DNA of 64,000 bases from Acidithiobacillus sp. (GCF_049965315.1 NZ_JBMFWL010000003.1:15716-79715), one strand, 5' to 3'; counted from the first letter of the stretch, positions 32,844 through 44,649 are shown. Notes: a model not told the origin generated them from the letters alone. Translations and numbers: made by a program.

Positions 32844-33728
32844 TCAGCCAGCAGTCTCGACCCCCCGCAGAATGCCCAGCATCTCCGCAATCACCGAGCG
32901 CAGTCGACGACGATCGACAATCTGGTCAATGGCCCCATGTTCCAGCAGGTATTCCGCGCGTTGGAAACCCTCGGGCAATTTTTCCCGGATGGTTTGCTCG
33001 ATGACGCGCGGGCCGGCAAAACCGATGAGGGACTGGGGTTCGGCAATGAGGATATCGCCGAGGGTCGCAAGGCTTGCGGAAACGCCGCCCATGGTGGGAT
33101 CCGTAAGCACCGATATATAGGGAATGCCGGCCTTGGCGAGCCGCTCCACGGCCGCTGCCGTCTTGGCCATCTGCATCAGGGAGAACAGACCCTCCTGCAT
33201 CCGTGCCCCACCGCTGGCGCTGAAGCATACCAGGGGACAACGTTCCCCCAGGGCCGTCTCGGCGGCCTTGGCGAAGCGGGCGCCCACCACCGACCCCATG
33301 CTGCCGCCCATGAACTCGAAGGCAAAGGCCGCCGCCACCAACGGCCGCCCCTGCAGCAGTCCACGCATCACCACCAGCGCATCCTTCTCGCCGGTCTTGG
33401 CCTGGGCCTCGGCCAGCCTTTCCTTGTAGCGCTTTTGATCCTTGAAGCGCAGGGGGTCGACGGGGAGATATTGCGCCGCGATCTCCAGGCGCGGCTCGGC
33501 GTCCAGGAAAAAATGCAGACGCTGCCGGGCGCTAATGCGCTGATGGTGGCCGCAATGGGGGCAGACATAGAGATTCTCTTCCAGTTCCGTACGATACAAG
33601 ACGGCCTGACAGGTCGGGCACTTGGACCACAGGCCTTCGGGAACCGAGCGCTTCCCCTCGGCGGCTTTTGCCGCCGGCATGGTGTTTTTTTTGATTTTCG
33701 GCGGCAGGATACGATCAAACCAGCTCAC
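32844..33728 (-). CDS. accD: Acetyl-CoA carboxylase carboxyltransferase beta subunit
   Basis: [14 protein letters not shown], zinc ribbon CPTCQAVLY...[20 protein letters not shown]. Confidence 0.95.
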   Translation of the reverse strand: MSWFDRILPPKIKKNTMPAAKAAEGKRSVPEGLWSKCPTCQAVLYRTELEENLYVCPHCGHHQRISARQRLHFFLDAEPRLEIAAQYLPVDPLRFKDQKRYKERLAEAQAKTGEKDALVVMRGLLQGRPLVAAAFAFEFMGGSMGSVVGARFAKAAETALGERCPLVCFSASGGARMQEGLFSLMQMAKTAAAVERLAKAGIPYISVLTDPTMGGVSASLATLGDILIAEPQSLIGFAGPRVIEQTIREKLPEGFQRAEYLLEHGAIDQIVDRRRLRSVIAEMLGILRGVETAG

Positions 33729-34543
33729 GCGGATGCCCCCCCAGGCGCAGCAATCGCCTTGGCGAGGGGCGCCATGAAGGCCTGCGCCGCGGCGAGCACC
33801 TCGGCATCGGACGTACAGGCACTCAACCGCTCGACCAGCGCACTGCCCACCACCACGGCATCCGCGCCGGGGGCCACCAAAGCCACCGTCTGCGCATCGC
33901 GAATGCCAAAACCAATGGCCACCGGCATGGACAGGGTCTGGCGCAGGCTGGCCACCCGGTCCAGCACTTCCTGCCAGTCAGCCTGTGCTGCCCCGGTAAT
34001 GCCCCGCAAGGAAACATAATAGACAAAACCGCTACCAATGGCCTTTACCGCCGCCACCCGTTCCGCACCGCTGGTGGGGGCCAGCAGAAAAATGGGATCG
34101 ATTTGATGGTTTTTGAGCAGTTCCGCATAATCGCTGCCCTCTTCCGGCGGCAGATCCACGAGGATCACCCCATCCACCCCGGCGTCCTTGGCGGCCAGGG
34201 CAAAGGGCTCCGCCCCCATGGCCTCCACCGGATTCAGATAACCCATGAGAATGATGGGGGTGTGCTGATTATGCAGGCGAAACTCGCGCACCCACTCCAG
34301 GACCATGCGCATCTTGACGCCGCGCGCCAGGGCGCGCTCACTGGCGCGCTGGATCGTTGGGCCATCGGCCATGGGGTCGGAAAAAGGCACCCCCAGTTCG
34401 ATGGCATCGGCCCCCGCCGCCACCAGGGCGTGCAATAGGGGCACCATCACCGCCAAGGAGGGATCCCCCGCCGTTACAAAGGGAATGAGCGCCGCCCGCT
34501 CCTGCTTTCCCAAACCGGCAAAAAGACCGCTCAGACGGCTCAT
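33725..34543 (-). CDS. trpA: Tryptophan synthase alpha chain
   Basis: 272 aa. [41 protein letters not shown]. Confidence 0.95.
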   Translation of the reverse strand: MSRLSGLFAGLGKQERAALIPFVTAGDPSLAVMVPLLHALVAAGADAIELGVPFSDPMADGPTIQRASERALARGVKMRMVLEWVREFRLHNQHTPIILMGYLNPVEAMGAEPFALAAKDAGVDGVILVDLPPEEGSDYAELLKNHQIDPIFLLAPTSGAERVAAVKAIGSGFVYYVSLRGITGAAQADWQEVLDRVASLRQTLSMPVAIGFGIRDAQTVALVAPGADAVVVGSALVERLSACTSDAEVLAAAQAFMAPLAKAIAAPGGASA

Positions 34544-35742
34544 AAACGGATCCCTTCCCGTGCCGCTACGGTATGAATATCCTTGTCGCCCCGGCCGGAC
34601 AGGTTGACCACGATGGTCTGCTCGGGGCGCATGCCCGGGGCCAGTTGAAAGGCATAGGCCAGGGCATGGGCCGATTCCAGCGCCGGAATGATCCCCTCGG
34701 TACGGCTTAGGCGATGGAAGGCCGCCAAGGCCTCCACATCCGTGGCAGCCACATATTCGGCCCGCCCGATATCCTTGAGATAGGCATGCTCCGGCCCGAC
34801 CCCGGGGTAGTCCAGCCCGGCGGAAATGGAGTGGGTAGCCAGGATCTGGCCGTCTTCGTCTTCCATGAGATAGGTACGGTTGCCGTGAAGCACCCCTGGC
34901 CGCCCTGCCGACAGGGGCGCCGCGTGCTGGCCGCTGGCCAAGCCCAGACCGCCCGCCTCCACACCAATCAGGCGCACCCCTTCATCCTCGATAAAGGGAT
35001 AAAAGAGACCCATGGCATTGCTGCCGCCGCCCACACAGGCAATGCAGCAGTCGGGCAAGCGGCCGGTCAGCTCCAGACATTGGGCCCGCGCCTCCTCGCC
35101 GATGACCCGATGAAAATCACGGACCATGACCGGGTAGGGATGGGGACCGGCCGCCGTGCCGATCACATAAAAGGTATCTTCCACATTGGTCACCCAGTCA
35201 CGCATCGCCTCATTGAGGGCGTCCTTCAGGGTGCGCGTCCCGCTGCTCACCGCCTCCACCCGCGCGCCCAGGAGTTTCATGCGGAATACGTTGATGGACT
35301 GGCGCTGAATGTCCTCTTCGCCCATGTAGATCACGCATTCCATGCCATTGCGCGTGGCCACCGTGGCCGTGGCCACCCCGTGCTGGCCGGCCCCCGTCTC
35401 GGCAATGATTCGCCGCTTGCCCATGCGGCGGGCCAGGAGCACCTGGCCGACGGCATTGTTGATCTTGTGGGCGCCGGTATGGTTGAGGTCTTCCCGCTTG
35501 AGATAGATCTGCGCTCCGCCCAGTTCTCGGGAGATGCGCTCGGCATGAAAGAGCGGATTGGGTCGGCCGACGAATTGCTTCAGTTCGCTGTGCAGCTCCG
35601 CAAGGAATTCCGGATCCTTCTGGGCCAGTGCATAAGCCCGATCCAGCTCCTCCAGGGCCGTGACCAGCGTTTCTGCCACGAAACGCCCGCCGTAGGGCCC
35701 AAAGTGTCCCAACTTGTCTGGTAAGGTATACGCTGCCATCAC
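34540..35742 (-). CDS. trpB: Tryptophan synthase beta chain
   Basis: 400 aa. [30 protein letters not shown] (PLP lysine), GGGSNAMG. Confidence 0.95.
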   Translation of the reverse strand: MMAAYTLPDKLGHFGPYGGRFVAETLVTALEELDRAYALAQKDPEFLAELHSELKQFVGRPNPLFHAERISRELGGAQIYLKREDLNHTGAHKINNAVGQVLLARRMGKRRIIAETGAGQHGVATATVATRNGMECVIYMGEEDIQRQSINVFRMKLLGARVEAVSSGTRTLKDALNEAMRDWVTNVEDTFYVIGTAAGPHPYPVMVRDFHRVIGEEARAQCLELTGRLPDCCIACVGGGSNAMGLFYPFIEDEGVRLIGVEAGGLGLASGQHAAPLSAGRPGVLHGNRTYLMEDEDGQILATHSISAGLDYPGVGPEHAYLKDIGRAEYVAATDVEALAAFHRLSRTEGIIPALESAHALAYAFQLAPGMRPEQTIVVNLSGRGDKDIHTVAAREGIRL

Positions 35743-36368
35743 CCCTCCGCTCGCCGATCCGCTGCGCGAACACGCGCCACAAAGTCCCGCATTTTGCCAT
35801 GATCCTTGCGTCCCGGCGATGCCTCGACGCCACTGCTCACGTCCACTGCGTAGGGCCGGGTGACTGCGATGGCCTCCGCCACATTATCCGGCGACAGGCC
35901 CCCGGCCAGGATCAGCGGCTTGTCCAGCGTCGGCAAGGGCCACCAGGAAAAGGGCTCACCGGAGCCCCCCCACAAGCGGGGCGCCGCCCGATCCAGCAAA
36001 AAACCCCGGGCGTCGGGATGGGTTCGCAGCTTCGGCCGCAAATCCTCCTCGCCCAATACCCGCAGCGCCTTGATATAGGGCCGACCAAAGCCCGAGCAGT
36101 CCGCAGCAGTCTCATCGCCATGGAATTGCAGGAAATCGAGGGGGCAGGACTGCAGGACCTCCTCCACCCACGATCTCTGGGCATTCACAAAAAGGCCAAC
36201 CGTGCTCACAAAGGGCGGCAATGCCGCCAGGATGCCAGCAGCGGCCGCCACCCCGATGGCTCGGGGACTGGGCGGGTAAAAGACCAGACCAATGGCATCC
36301 GCTCCCGCCTCGGCGGCCGCCAGGGCGTCGTCCATTGTAGTGATACCGCAAATCTTGATTCGCACCAT
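35739..36368 (-). CDS. trpF: Phosphoribosylanthranilate isomerase
   Basis: 209 aa. [52 protein letters not shown]. Confidence 0.9.
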   Translation of the reverse strand: MVRIKICGITTMDDALAAAEAGADAIGLVFYPPSPRAIGVAAAAGILAALPPFVSTVGLFVNAQRSWVEEVLQSCPLDFLQFHGDETAADCSGFGRPYIKALRVLGEEDLRPKLRTHPDARGFLLDRAAPRLWGGSGEPFSWWPLPTLDKPLILAGGLSPDNVAEAIAVTRPYAVDVSSGVEASPGRKDHGKMRDFVARVRAADRRAEG

Positions 36369-36430
36369 CAGGGGATTCTAACATCTGCGCCCTTGCGGGA
36401 ACATGGCCCGGCCCAGGGCTCCGCTCCGGG

Positions 36431-37246
36431 TCATCCGGCAAAGGGCAGCACCGGATCAATGGGCAAAGCAAAGGCGTCAGGATAACGCGGCGCCACGAAA
36501 TAAAGGCCGCCCGGGGGGGCAGTGGTGGCCGCCAGGCGCCGGTCCCGACTGCCGAGGACTTCCGCGGCCCAGGCGACGGGCCGCTCCCCGGCGCCGATGG
36601 CGATGAGCACACCGGCCAGATTGCGCACCATGTGATGCAAAAAGCCATCGGCTTCGGCATCGATGATCACCTGTTCACCCCGGCGACACACCTGTAACAG
36701 GCGCAGATCGCGAACCGGCTGCCGGGCCTGGCAGGCAGCGGCCCGAAAGGCGGAGAAATCATGGGTACCCAGCAACGATTGGGCCGCCGCCTGCATCCGC
36801 TCCACCTGCAGAGGCCGATACACCCAGGCATAATGCTGGCGAAACAGCGCCGGGCGCTGGCGGCGGTTGAGAATGACGTAACGGTAGCGGCGTGCCGTGG
36901 CCGAAAAGCGAGCGTGAAAATCCGTCCCCACCGACCGGGCCCAGCGGATGCTCACGGCCTCGGGCAAATATGCGCTCCCTCCCCGCACCCAGGCGCTTTC
37001 GGGCCGATCAACCGTCGTATCAAAATGCGCCACCTGACAGAGGGCGTGAACGCCCGTGTCGGTCCTGCCGGCCACCACCACTTCCACAGCTTGTCGGGCT
37101 ATTCGCGCCAAAGCCGTTTCGACGGCCCCCTGCACACTGGCCTGCCCCACCTGCCGCTGCCATCCGCAAAAGCCGCTGCCATCATACTCGATGCCCAAAG
37201 CCCAGCGAACGATGGACGTCTCCGCACGCGTGCTGCCAGCCGCCAT
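36431..37246 (-). CDS. truA: tRNA pseudouridine(38-40) synthase
   Basis: 271 aa. IEYDGSGFCGWQRQ, VVAGRTDTGVHA (catalytic Asp), RRYRYVI. Confidence 0.9.
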   Translation of the reverse strand: MAAGSTRAETSIVRWALGIEYDGSGFCGWQRQVGQASVQGAVETALARIARQAVEVVVAGRTDTGVHALCQVAHFDTTVDRPESAWVRGGSAYLPEAVSIRWARSVGTDFHARFSATARRYRYVILNRRQRPALFRQHYAWVYRPLQVERMQAAAQSLLGTHDFSAFRAAACQARQPVRDLRLLQVCRRGEQVIIDAEADGFLHHMVRNLAGVLIAIGAGERPVAWAAEVLGSRDRRLAATTAPPGGLYFVAPRYPDAFALPIDPVLPFAG

Positions 37247-37254
37247 CGGAGTAA

Positions 37255-39441
37255 CTAAAGGGCTGCCAGCAACTGCCGGGCTTCCCCCTGCTGCTCGCTG
37301 CCGCCTTCCTTGACGACCTCCTCAAGCAATTCCCGCGCCGACTCCCCATCGCCCATTTCCAGATAGGCCTTGGCGAGATCCAGTTTGGTTCCCACCGCGT
37401 CCCAGTCCAAGGCACTGGCTGCGCCAACGATCTCCTCCCCTTCGGCACCGGCCGGGGCGGAAACGGCTGCCGGCTCTGCGGCAAGGGCAAGCCCTGCGCT
37501 GCGCGCCGGCGCTTCATCCAAGGCGCGGAACTGCTCGTCGATGGAACGCAACAGGCGTTCCTTTTCCACCTCTGAAAAACGCAGGGCTTCTTCTTCGGCA
37601 GCCGCCTCCTCCACGGGAGGGGAAGTCGTTTCGGCAGGTTTTTCGCCAAAGGCCGCACCGAGGTCGAATTCGAGCACATCCGCAGCCAATGGAACGGATT
37701 CCGGCGCCGCGGCGGGATGTTCTGCCGCCTCCCCCTGGAAGGGTGCCGGGACCACTTCCGGAACAGTGGCGGCAATGGTGGCCTCTGCGGGAACGGCCGC
37801 GCCCCCGGAGGCCGCCGCCGCCTCTTCCGGTGCGGCGAAGAGGGCATTGCCCGGGAAGAGTTGCGCACCCTGCGCCGCGACCTCTTGCCAGGCGCTATTG
37901 TGCGGCCCGAAACGCCCGCGCATCCGCTCGGCCAGTTCCAGGTAATCGTCACGGCGATCCATGCCGGCATAGACGTCGAGCAGCTTTACATAGAGGTCCT
38001 TGCGCCGGGGTGCGTCCTCCAGGGCCTCGGAGAGAACGGCCGCCGCCTGCTCCGCTTTGCCATAGGTAAGATACATATCGGCCTGTTCCACCGGGTCCAC
38101 ATCCACGATCTCTTCCACCGGCTTTTCCACCGGGGTGGGCATGGGTGCCGGCGGCGCTACGGCCGGCGCCGCGGCGATGGACGCGGCAGGCGCTACGGCC
38201 ACCGGTATTGGCGTAGGTTTCGGCGCCGGCGCTGCGGCCGGGCTCGGAGCGGACGCCATGGTCATTATTTTCTGGGAAATTTCACGTTGCCGTTTTTCGT
38301 TCTGTTTCTGCCGCCCATACAGCCATAGGAAGAGCAGGAGCAGCAATACGTTGCCGCCCAAGGAGGCCCACAACAGCGGGTTATGCAAGGGATTCGCCGT
38401 CGCCCCCTGTTCTTTGGCCAGGGCGCCGAGTTGCGCTCCCTGACTGGCGATGAGCCGCTCTTCCGCAGCGAGCCGATTGCCCAGGGACTGCACCTGCGCC
38501 GCAAGGGCGCCATTTTCCTTCACCAGGGCGGCGGTCCGCTGCTGCAATTGGCCAAGGAGGTCCGCAGCGGCGCTGCCGGCCGAGGCCGTAGGGGCAAGAA
38601 CGGCCGTTGCCGGTGCGCTGGACAGCACCAGATGCGTGGCCGGCCCTGCCTTGCCAGCGGGCGCCGCAGCAGTGGGCTGGACAGCAGGCGTAGCGCGCTG
38701 TCCGGCGAGGAAGGCCGTTGCCTGAGCCGGCGCCATGCCCTGCACCTGACCCAGGGTGGGCACACGCAAGATGCTGCCAGCGTACAGATAGGATGGATTG
38801 CCGTTTTTGAAGGCCGCGGGGTTGGCCTTGATCAGCGCCGCCATGACCTGATCGAGGGTTACGGCATTGCTGCGGGTGATGGACTGGGCGATTTGAAAGA
38901 GGCTTTGGTTATTCCGCACCGGCCCGTATCGCCTTACCCCGGCCCAGCCGTAAACCAGGGGCGCAGCGGCTGCCGGGCGCGATGCGGGGGCCGCATACGC
39001 GGGAGCCCCTTGCGCGCTGGGGGTTTCGGCGCCAGACGGCGCGGCGGCGAGATAGCTGCCCAGGCTGCTCCGTGCCGTGTATTCGCGCACGATGCGCCCG
39101 CCGGACCAGTCGAGCTGAACGAGGAAGGACAGGCTGGGCGTGGGCAGGGGCACGGGGCTGGTAATCAGGACCGCCGGATGCTGGTCGGTACGGATCTGGA
39201 AATGCCAGTGCTCCAGCCCCTGGGCCACGGGCAGATGGATCATGGCAAAGGCGCTGCTGGACGCCAGGGATACCCGTACATCGCCGGCTTCCTGGGGCGT
39301 CAAGGAGCGGATGGGGATCTCGGCGCGGAAGGGTTCCCCTGGCGCAGACAGGACCTGCAGTTCTCCCAGCCCCACGGCCTGGGCCACTCCCGGCAGCAGG
39401 ATCCCCACCCCGAGCAGGGTACGCAACCATTTTTTATCCAT
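37255..39441 (-). CDS. fimV: FimV/HubP-family polar landmark protein (LysM, TM, acidic linker, C-terminal FimV motif)
   Basis: Start trimmed to ATG 39441 (MDKKWLRTLLGVGILLPGVAQA signal). LysM-like segment (YGPVRNNQSLFQIAQSI...YAGSILRVP), a central TM segment, a long Ala/Pro/Glu low-complexity region, and the C-terminal GTKLDLAKAYLEMGDGESARELLEEV motif. Conserved asd-fimV-truA position. Confidence 0.7.
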   Translation of the reverse strand: MDKKWLRTLLGVGILLPGVAQAVGLGELQVLSAPGEPFRAEIPIRSLTPQEAGDVRVSLASSSAFAMIHLPVAQGLEHWHFQIRTDQHPAVLITSPVPLPTPSLSFLVQLDWSGGRIVREYTARSSLGSYLAAAPSGAETPSAQGAPAYAAPASRPAAAAPLVYGWAGVRRYGPVRNNQSLFQIAQSITRSNAVTLDQVMAALIKANPAAFKNGNPSYLYAGSILRVPTLGQVQGMAPAQATAFLAGQRATPAVQPTAAAPAGKAGPATHLVLSSAPATAVLAPTASAGSAAADLLGQLQQRTAALVKENGALAAQVQSLGNRLAAEERLIASQGAQLGALAKEQGATANPLHNPLLWASLGGNVLLLLLFLWLYGRQKQNEKRQREISQKIMTMASAPSPAAAPAPKPTPIPVAVAPAASIAAAPAVAPPAPMPTPVEKPVEEIVDVDPVEQADMYLTYGKAEQAAAVLSEALEDAPRRKDLYVKLLDVYAGMDRRDDYLELAERMRGRFGPHNSAWQEVAAQGAQLFPGNALFAAPEEAAAASGGAAVPAEATIAATVPEVVPAPFQGEAAEHPAAAPESVPLAADVLEFDLGAAFGEKPAETTSPPVEEAAAEEEALRFSEVEKERLLRSIDEQFRALDEAPARSAGLALAAEPAAVSAPAGAEGEEIVGAASALDWDAVGTKLDLAKAYLEMGDGESARELLEEVVKEGGSEQQGEARQLLAAL

Positions 39442-39504
39442 ATTTCCTTCCTCTTTCGATGACGACCGCCCGATCAAGCCCTGGTTTCAGGTAACTCCGC
39501 AGCG

Positions 39505-40530
39505 CTATAAATAGTCGCGGATCAATATTTCCGCAATCTGCACACTGTTGAGGGCCGCACCCTTGCGAATATTGTCCGCCACCACCCAGAAATTGATCCC
39601 CCGCTCATGGGAACAATCCTCACGGATACGCCCGACGAAGGTGGCGTCGTGGGTGGCAGCGTCCAGGGCGGTGGGCCACAGGCCCGCCGCAGGATCATCC
39701 ATCACCGTCACCCCGGGGGCATCGGCAAGGAGGGCGCGCACGCTCGCAGCCGATATTTTTCCCTTGGTGACCACATTGACGGCCTCGGAGTGCCCATAGA
39801 AAACCGGCACGCGCACACAGGTAGCGGTCAGGGCAAGATCCGGTAATTCCATGATCTTGCGGGTTTCCCACAACATCTTCATTTCTTCCTTGGTATAACC
39901 GTTGTCCTGGAAGACATCGATTTGCGGCAGGCAGTTGAAGGCGATGCGTTGGGGAAAGACCTCGCAGACCGGTTCCTGATGCGTATAAATCGCCATGGTC
40001 TGCGCACCCAGCTCGTTGATGGCGCGGTGCCCGGCGCCGCTCACCGCCTGATAAGTGGCCACCACCACCCGTTCGATGCCTACGGCATCGGCGATGGGCT
40101 TGAGGACCAGCAGCATCTGGATGGTAGAACAGTTGGGGTTGGCAATGATGCCGTGGCGGCGATAATCGGCAATGCGCTGCGGGTTCACCTCCGGCACCAC
40201 CAGGGGGATCTCGTCGTCGTAGCGAAACTGCGAGGTATTGTCAATGACCACGCAGCCGGCCGCCGCGGCTTTGGGGGCATATTCGGCGCTAATCTTGGCC
40301 CCCGCCGAAAAAAGGCCGATGTCGACCTGCGACCAGTCGAAATCCGCCGCGTCCTGCACCGTATGATAGTGGCCGCGAAACAGCAGCTTGCTGCCGGCGG
40401 AGTGGCTGCTGGCCAAAAGGAAGAGTTGATCCACCGGGAATTGGCGTTCCTGGAGGATCTCCAGCATCGTTTCCCCGACGGCGCCGGTGGCGCCGAGAAT
40501 GGCAATGTTGTAATTTTGTTTTTTCATCAT
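39505..40530 (-). CDS. asd: Aspartate-semialdehyde dehydrogenase
   Basis: 341 aa. [25 protein letters not shown] (active-site Cys). Confidence 0.95.
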   Translation of the reverse strand: MMKKQNYNIAILGATGAVGETMLEILQERQFPVDQLFLLASSHSAGSKLLFRGHYHTVQDAADFDWSQVDIGLFSAGAKISAEYAPKAAAAGCVVIDNTSQFRYDDEIPLVVPEVNPQRIADYRRHGIIANPNCSTIQMLLVLKPIADAVGIERVVVATYQAVSGAGHRAINELGAQTMAIYTHQEPVCEVFPQRIAFNCLPQIDVFQDNGYTKEEMKMLWETRKIMELPDLALTATCVRVPVFYGHSEAVNVVTKGKISAASVRALLADAPGVTVMDDPAAGLWPTALDAATHDATFVGRIREDCSHERGINFWVVADNIRKGAALNSVQIAEILIRDYL

Positions 40531-41615
40531 ATTCCTTCATCAATCTGCGCCAGTGCGGCGACGACTGCCTGGCCCATGGCCCGGGTCCCGAGCAGATGCG
40601 TTCCCGGGCTCGCAATATCTGCCGTCCGATAGCCGCTGTCGAGCACGCGCAGCACCGCCCGCTCCACCCGCTCGGCCCAGGCCTCGGCCCCCAGGGAATA
40701 ACGCAACATCATGGCCACCGAAAGGATGGTGGCCAGGGGATTGGCCTTGTCCTGGCCGGCGATGTCCGGCGCCGATCCATGGATGGGCTCGTACATGGCC
40801 CGTCCCTCCCCCAGGGAGGCCGACGGCAGCATGCCGATGGATCCCGTAAGTTGACTCGCCTCGTCGGAGAGAATATCGCCGAAGATATTGCCCGTAAGCA
40901 GCACGTCGAATTGCGCCGGGGCGCGGACCAGTTGCATGGCGGCGTTGTCCACATACATATGGCTCAGGGCCACATCGGGGTACTCCCGGGCCACCTCCGT
41001 AACGACCTCCCGCCAAAGACGGGTGGTTTCCAGGACATTGGCCTTGTCCACCGAGCACAACTGCTTGCGCCGCCCTTGGGCCGCCCGAAAGCCCACGTGG
41101 GCGATACGGCGAATCTCGGCTTCATCGTACACCATGGTGTTGAAGGCGCGACGCAAGCCGTCGGGACCCGTCTCACTGCCCCGCGGTTGGCCAAAATAGA
41201 TATCCCCGGTGAGTTCGCGCACCACCAGGATATCCACATCCCGGACCAATTCCGGCCGCAGCGGCGATGCGGCCAGGAGTTGGGGAAAGATCTGCACCGG
41301 CCGCAGATTGGCGTACAGATCCAATCCCTTGCGGAGACGCAGCAGACCCTGCTCCGGACGCTGGGCGGGCGGCAGGGCGTCCCATTGGGGCCCCCCCACG
41401 GCGCCGAGGAGGACCGCATCGGCCTCCAGGGCCATCCGCAGGGATTCCGGAGGCAGCGGGTCGCCGCACCGATCGATGGCCGCCCCTCCCACGGCTCCCT
41501 CCATACACTGCAGATGCAGGCCTGCGGCCGTATTGACCGCATCCAGTACCAGGCGAGCGCTGGCGACGATCTCCGGGCCAATGCCGTCGCCGGCAAAAAT
41601 GGCGATTTTCTTCAT
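40527..41615 (-). CDS. leuB: 3-isopropylmalate dehydrogenase
   Basis: 362 aa. [51 protein letters not shown]. Confidence 0.95.
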   Translation of the reverse strand: MKKIAIFAGDGIGPEIVASARLVLDAVNTAAGLHLQCMEGAVGGAAIDRCGDPLPPESLRMALEADAVLLGAVGGPQWDALPPAQRPEQGLLRLRKGLDLYANLRPVQIFPQLLAASPLRPELVRDVDILVVRELTGDIYFGQPRGSETGPDGLRRAFNTMVYDEAEIRRIAHVGFRAAQGRRKQLCSVDKANVLETTRLWREVVTEVAREYPDVALSHMYVDNAAMQLVRAPAQFDVLLTGNIFGDILSDEASQLTGSIGMLPSASLGEGRAMYEPIHGSAPDIAGQDKANPLATILSVAMMLRYSLGAEAWAERVERAVLRVLDSGYRTADIASPGTHLLGTRAMGQAVVAALAQIDEGI

Positions 41616-42169
41616 GCCAGATCCTTTTTCATGACAACGCGGATAATATAGGGATTTTCCTTTCCCGGCTCGGGATTTTCGGGGATATGGGTAAACGGGT
41701 AAACCCCGGCGCCCAGCCCAAAGTCATCGGCCTCGACAATGCGGCGCTGGGGCCCGGTGGCCTGTTCCGGATGGGTCAGGGAAAAGCTCACCCCGACCGC
41801 CCCTTCGCGCTGGCGTGCGGCCTCCAGATACATACGCCGGGTGATTTCCCCATGCAAGACCCGGAAAAAGCGCGCCACCGTATCCGCGGAAACGCCGAAA
41901 CGCGCTTCCAGCCCGGCCTCTGCCTCCAAGCGCTGGGCGCTGCGGCGCGGCAAATCGCGCAGGAAATCGCCCGCCCGCGCCGTCGCCAGGAGCAAGGCCC
42001 GCAACTCCGCGTTCTCGGCCAGCTCGCCGAAGCCGTTATAATGGGCAATAAACAAGGGCTCCGGCAAAGGCAGTTCGGCCACCCGTTCCTGTGGTGGTAT
42101 GCCCGCATCCACCAGTACGCCGGCCGGGGCCCGGGCCGGGTGATTTTTCCCGCGTAACCAATCCCACAT
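41612..42169 (-). CDS. Hypothetical protein with no family recognised, translationally coupled to leuB
   Basis: Start trimmed to ATG 42169 ([14 protein letters not shown]...). 185 aa. Its stop overlaps the leuB ATG by 4 nt. I could recognise no motif. Confidence 0.5.
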   Translation of the reverse strand: MWDWLRGKNHPARAPAGVLVDAGIPPQERVAELPLPEPLFIAHYNGFGELAENAELRALLLATARAGDFLRDLPRRSAQRLEAEAGLEARFGVSADTVARFFRVLHGEITRRMYLEAARQREGAVGVSFSLTHPEQATGPQRRIVEADDFGLGAGVYPFTHIPENPEPGKENPYIIRVVMKKDLA

Positions 42170-42288
42170 GGAGTTCTCCCAATTCCCAGCGGAACCTATT
42201 TGTGAAAGGATAACATGAACTCTTTTTTCACGGCAGAAGGGGGTGCCATGGCGGCTCCATTCACAGATTCCGCTGTGCCCGATGACCG

Positions 42289-42918
42289 ATGGTAACGAAA
42301 TTGGAAAGACAGCCATTGCCCGGCGCCGGGACCGAAGCAGCGGAACGGCGGCATCCCGTGACCGCCCCTTTGCCCATTACGGGTCTCATTCTGGCCGGCG
42401 GCGCCGGGCGGCGCATGGGCGGCGCAGACAAGGGCTGGCTGTCCTGGCACGGCCGGCCCTTGATCGATCAGGCCTTGCAACGCCTCAAAGGCCCCGTTGC
42501 GGAGATCGTCATCAGCGCCAACCGCAATCTGGATCGCTACGGCCAACTGGGCTATCCGGTGCTCACGGATCCTCAACCCGGTTTCCAGGGCCCCCTCCAG
42601 GGCCTCCTGGCGGGCCTGCAGGCGGCGCGGCAACCCTGGCTGCTGAGCCTCCCGGTGGATAGCCCTGCCCTTCCCGAAGATATCGCGGCGCGCTTTTGGG
42701 AGGCGCGGGGGCAAAGCGATATCGTGGTGGCGCGCAGCGAGACCCACTGGCAGGCGGTGCTCTGCCTGTGCCGGAGCGGGCTCGCCCCCCACCTGCTTCA
42801 TTATCTGGAAAGGGGTGGGCGGCGCGCCCAGGACTGGTTTCGCGATCTCGACTATCGCACCCTGACCCTGCCGGCAGAGAGTTTCCGCAACTGCAACCGT
42901 CCCGAGGACCTGGAATGA
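42289..42918 (+). CDS. mobA: Molybdenum cofactor guanylyltransferase
   Basis: ITGLILAGGAGRRMGGADKG nucleotide-binding N-terminus and GPLQGLLAGL. The start may be the internal GTG at 42358, because there is no clear Shine-Dalgarno sequence at 42289. Confidence 0.85.
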   Translation: MVTKLERQPLPGAGTEAAERRHPVTAPLPITGLILAGGAGRRMGGADKGWLSWHGRPLIDQALQRLKGPVAEIVISANRNLDRYGQLGYPVLTDPQPGFQGPLQGLLAGLQAARQPWLLSLPVDSPALPEDIAARFWEARGQSDIVVARSETHWQAVLCLCRSGLAPHLLHYLERGGRRAQDWFRDLDYRTLTLPAESFRNCNRPEDLE

Positions 42919-43433
42919 TCGCGCTTGGTATTGTAGGATATAGCGGTAGCGGTAAAACCACCCTGCTCTGCGCAATCCTGCCCCTGCTGCGGCAACGGGG
43001 CATGCGTCTGGCCGCGGTGAAAAGCACCCATCACGATGTGGAATGGGATCAGCCCGGCAAGGACAGTTACCGGCTGCGGGAAGCGGGTGCCGAGACCGTG
43101 CTCCTCACCGGTCCCCGGCGCTGGTTCATGGCCCGCCAGGCACCCGTTGCGGCAGGACTCGCGGAGTTGCTGGAGGCCCTGGACCCCGCGACGGATCTGG
43201 TGCTCGTGGAGGGGTGGAAGGCCCTGGCCATTCCCAAGATCGAGGTCCACCGTCCGGCCCAGGGCAAGGCCTTGCTGGCCCCGGACGATGCGCGGATCCT
43301 GGCGGTGGCCAGCGATGGGCCCATCCCCGGCCACCAGCCGCGGCTGGATCTCAATGCGCCCCGGGCGGTGGCCGAATTTATCTGGCATTGGTACTCAAAG
43401 GAGCAGACAAATGGCCCATTGCGGCAGCGATAA
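42915..43433 (+). CDS. mobB: Molybdopterin-guanine dinucleotide biosynthesis adaptor MobB
   Basis: Start at ATG 42915 (ATGA overlap with the mobA stop). MIALGIVGYSGSGKTTLL P-loop, LVEGWK. Confidence 0.85.
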   Translation: MIALGIVGYSGSGKTTLLCAILPLLRQRGMRLAAVKSTHHDVEWDQPGKDSYRLREAGAETVLLTGPRRWFMARQAPVAAGLAELLEALDPATDLVLVEGWKALAIPKIEVHRPAQGKALLAPDDARILAVASDGPIPGHQPRLDLNAPRAVAEFIWHWYSKEQTNGPLRQR

Positions 43434-44649
43434 CGAGCACGACCCCAACGCCCGGAGCGTTGCGGAAGCCACCACCGCCATCCTCGCCGCGAGCCTTCCG
43501 GTCCAGGATCGGGAGTCCCTCCCCCTCTACGCCGCCTTGGACCGGATTCTCGCCGAGGACGTTTTGGCCCCCGCAGATGTGCCTGCCTGGCCCAATTCCG
43601 CCATGGACGGCTATGCCCTCCGCAGCGGGGACCTGGGGTCGGCGCGCCGCGTCATCGGCAAGGCCTTTGCCGGCCATCCCTTCGCCGGTCGCGTGGGGCC
43701 CGGTGAATGCGTGCGCATCATGACCGGCGCCGTGCTTCCCGAGGGAGCCGATGCCGTACTGATTCAGGAGGAAGCCGAGATCCATGGCGACATGGTCACG
43801 CCCAGCGCCCCGGTGGCGGCGAAGGCCAACGTCCGCTTCGCCGGGGAAGACTTGCGCCAAGGCGCCCTCGCCTTCCCCGCCGGCACTCTGCTGCGTCCCG
43901 CCCGGCTGGGGGTCCTCGCCGCCCTCGGCGTGAGCGAAGTCTCCGTATATCGCCGTCTGCGCGTCGCCTTTTTCTCCACCGGCGACGAGTTGCGCTCTCT
44001 CGGAGCGACCCTGGGCAGCGGCCAGATCCATGACAGCAACCGCTATACCCTGCACGCCATGCTCAGGCGACTGGACTGCGAGGTCTTCGACTTGGGCCGC
44101 GTCGCCGATGACCCTGGGGCCCTGGAAGCCGCCCTCCAGCAGGCCGCCGGCATGGCCGACATGGTCATCACCACGGGCGGCGTCTCCGTGGGCGATGCCG
44201 ATTACATCTCGGGCCTGCTGCGCAGCCTGGGCCAGGTCAACTTCTGGAAAATCAACATGAAACCAGGACGGCCCCTGGCCTTCGGCCAGCTCGGCGCAGC
44301 CACCTTCTTCGGCTTGCCCGGCAATCCGGTATCCATGATCGTCACCTTTTACCAATTCGTCCGGCCAGCCATCCTCAAGCGCATGGGCAGCCTCGGTCCC
44401 TGGCTGCCCCTTACCCTACGCCTGCCCCTGGCCGAGGCCCTCCGGAAGAAACCCGGCCGCACCGATTTCCAGCGCGGCCGACTGCTCCGGAGCGAAACCG
44501 GTTTGCAGGTGGCCGGCGTCGGTGCCCAGTCCTCCCATATCCTGAGCGGCATGGCCCATGCCGACTGCTTCATCGTCCTCCCTGCCCAAAGCGCCGGGGC
44601 AGCGGCGGGCGAATGGGTGGACGTCCAGATCCTGGAGGGGCTGGTATAA
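43411..44649 (+). CDS. moeA: Molybdopterin molybdenumtransferase
   Basis: Start trimmed to ATG 43411 (MAHCGSDNEHD...). NSAMDGYAL, TGGVSVGDADY, PGNPVS blocks. Confidence 0.9.
   Translation: MAHCGSDNEHDPNARSVAEATTAILAASLPVQDRESLPLYAALDRILAEDVLAPADVPAWPNSAMDGYALRSGDLGSARRVIGKAFAGHPFAGRVGPGECVRIMTGAVLPEGADAVLIQEEAEIHGDMVTPSAPVAAKANVRFAGEDLRQGALAFPAGTLLRPARLGVLAALGVSEVSVYRRLRVAFFSTGDELRSLGATLGSGQIHDSNRYTLHAMLRRLDCEVFDLGRVADDPGALEAALQQAAGMADMVITTGGVSVGDADYISGLLRSLGQVNFWKINMKPGRPLAFGQLGAATFFGLPGNPVSMIVTFYQFVRPAILKRMGSLGPWLPLTLRLPLAEALRKKPGRTDFQRGRLLRSETGLQVAGVGAQSSHILSGMAHADCFIVLPAQSAGAAAGEWVDVQILEGLV

Noticed and set aside
37300-38300. Apparent repetitiveness in the fimV central region.
   Set aside because: It is Ala/Pro/Glu low-complexity coding sequence without a definable nucleotide repeat unit. 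It is not a tandem repeat element or a CRISPR array.
42170-42288. Possible Moco riboswitch or CRP/FNR-type site upstream of mobA (TGTGAAAGG...TTTTTCACG inverted repeat).
   Set aside because: The interval is too short and lacks the conserved Moco-RNA blocks. The 6-bp arms are about 21 nt apart, which does not fit CRP (N6) or FNR (N4) geometry.
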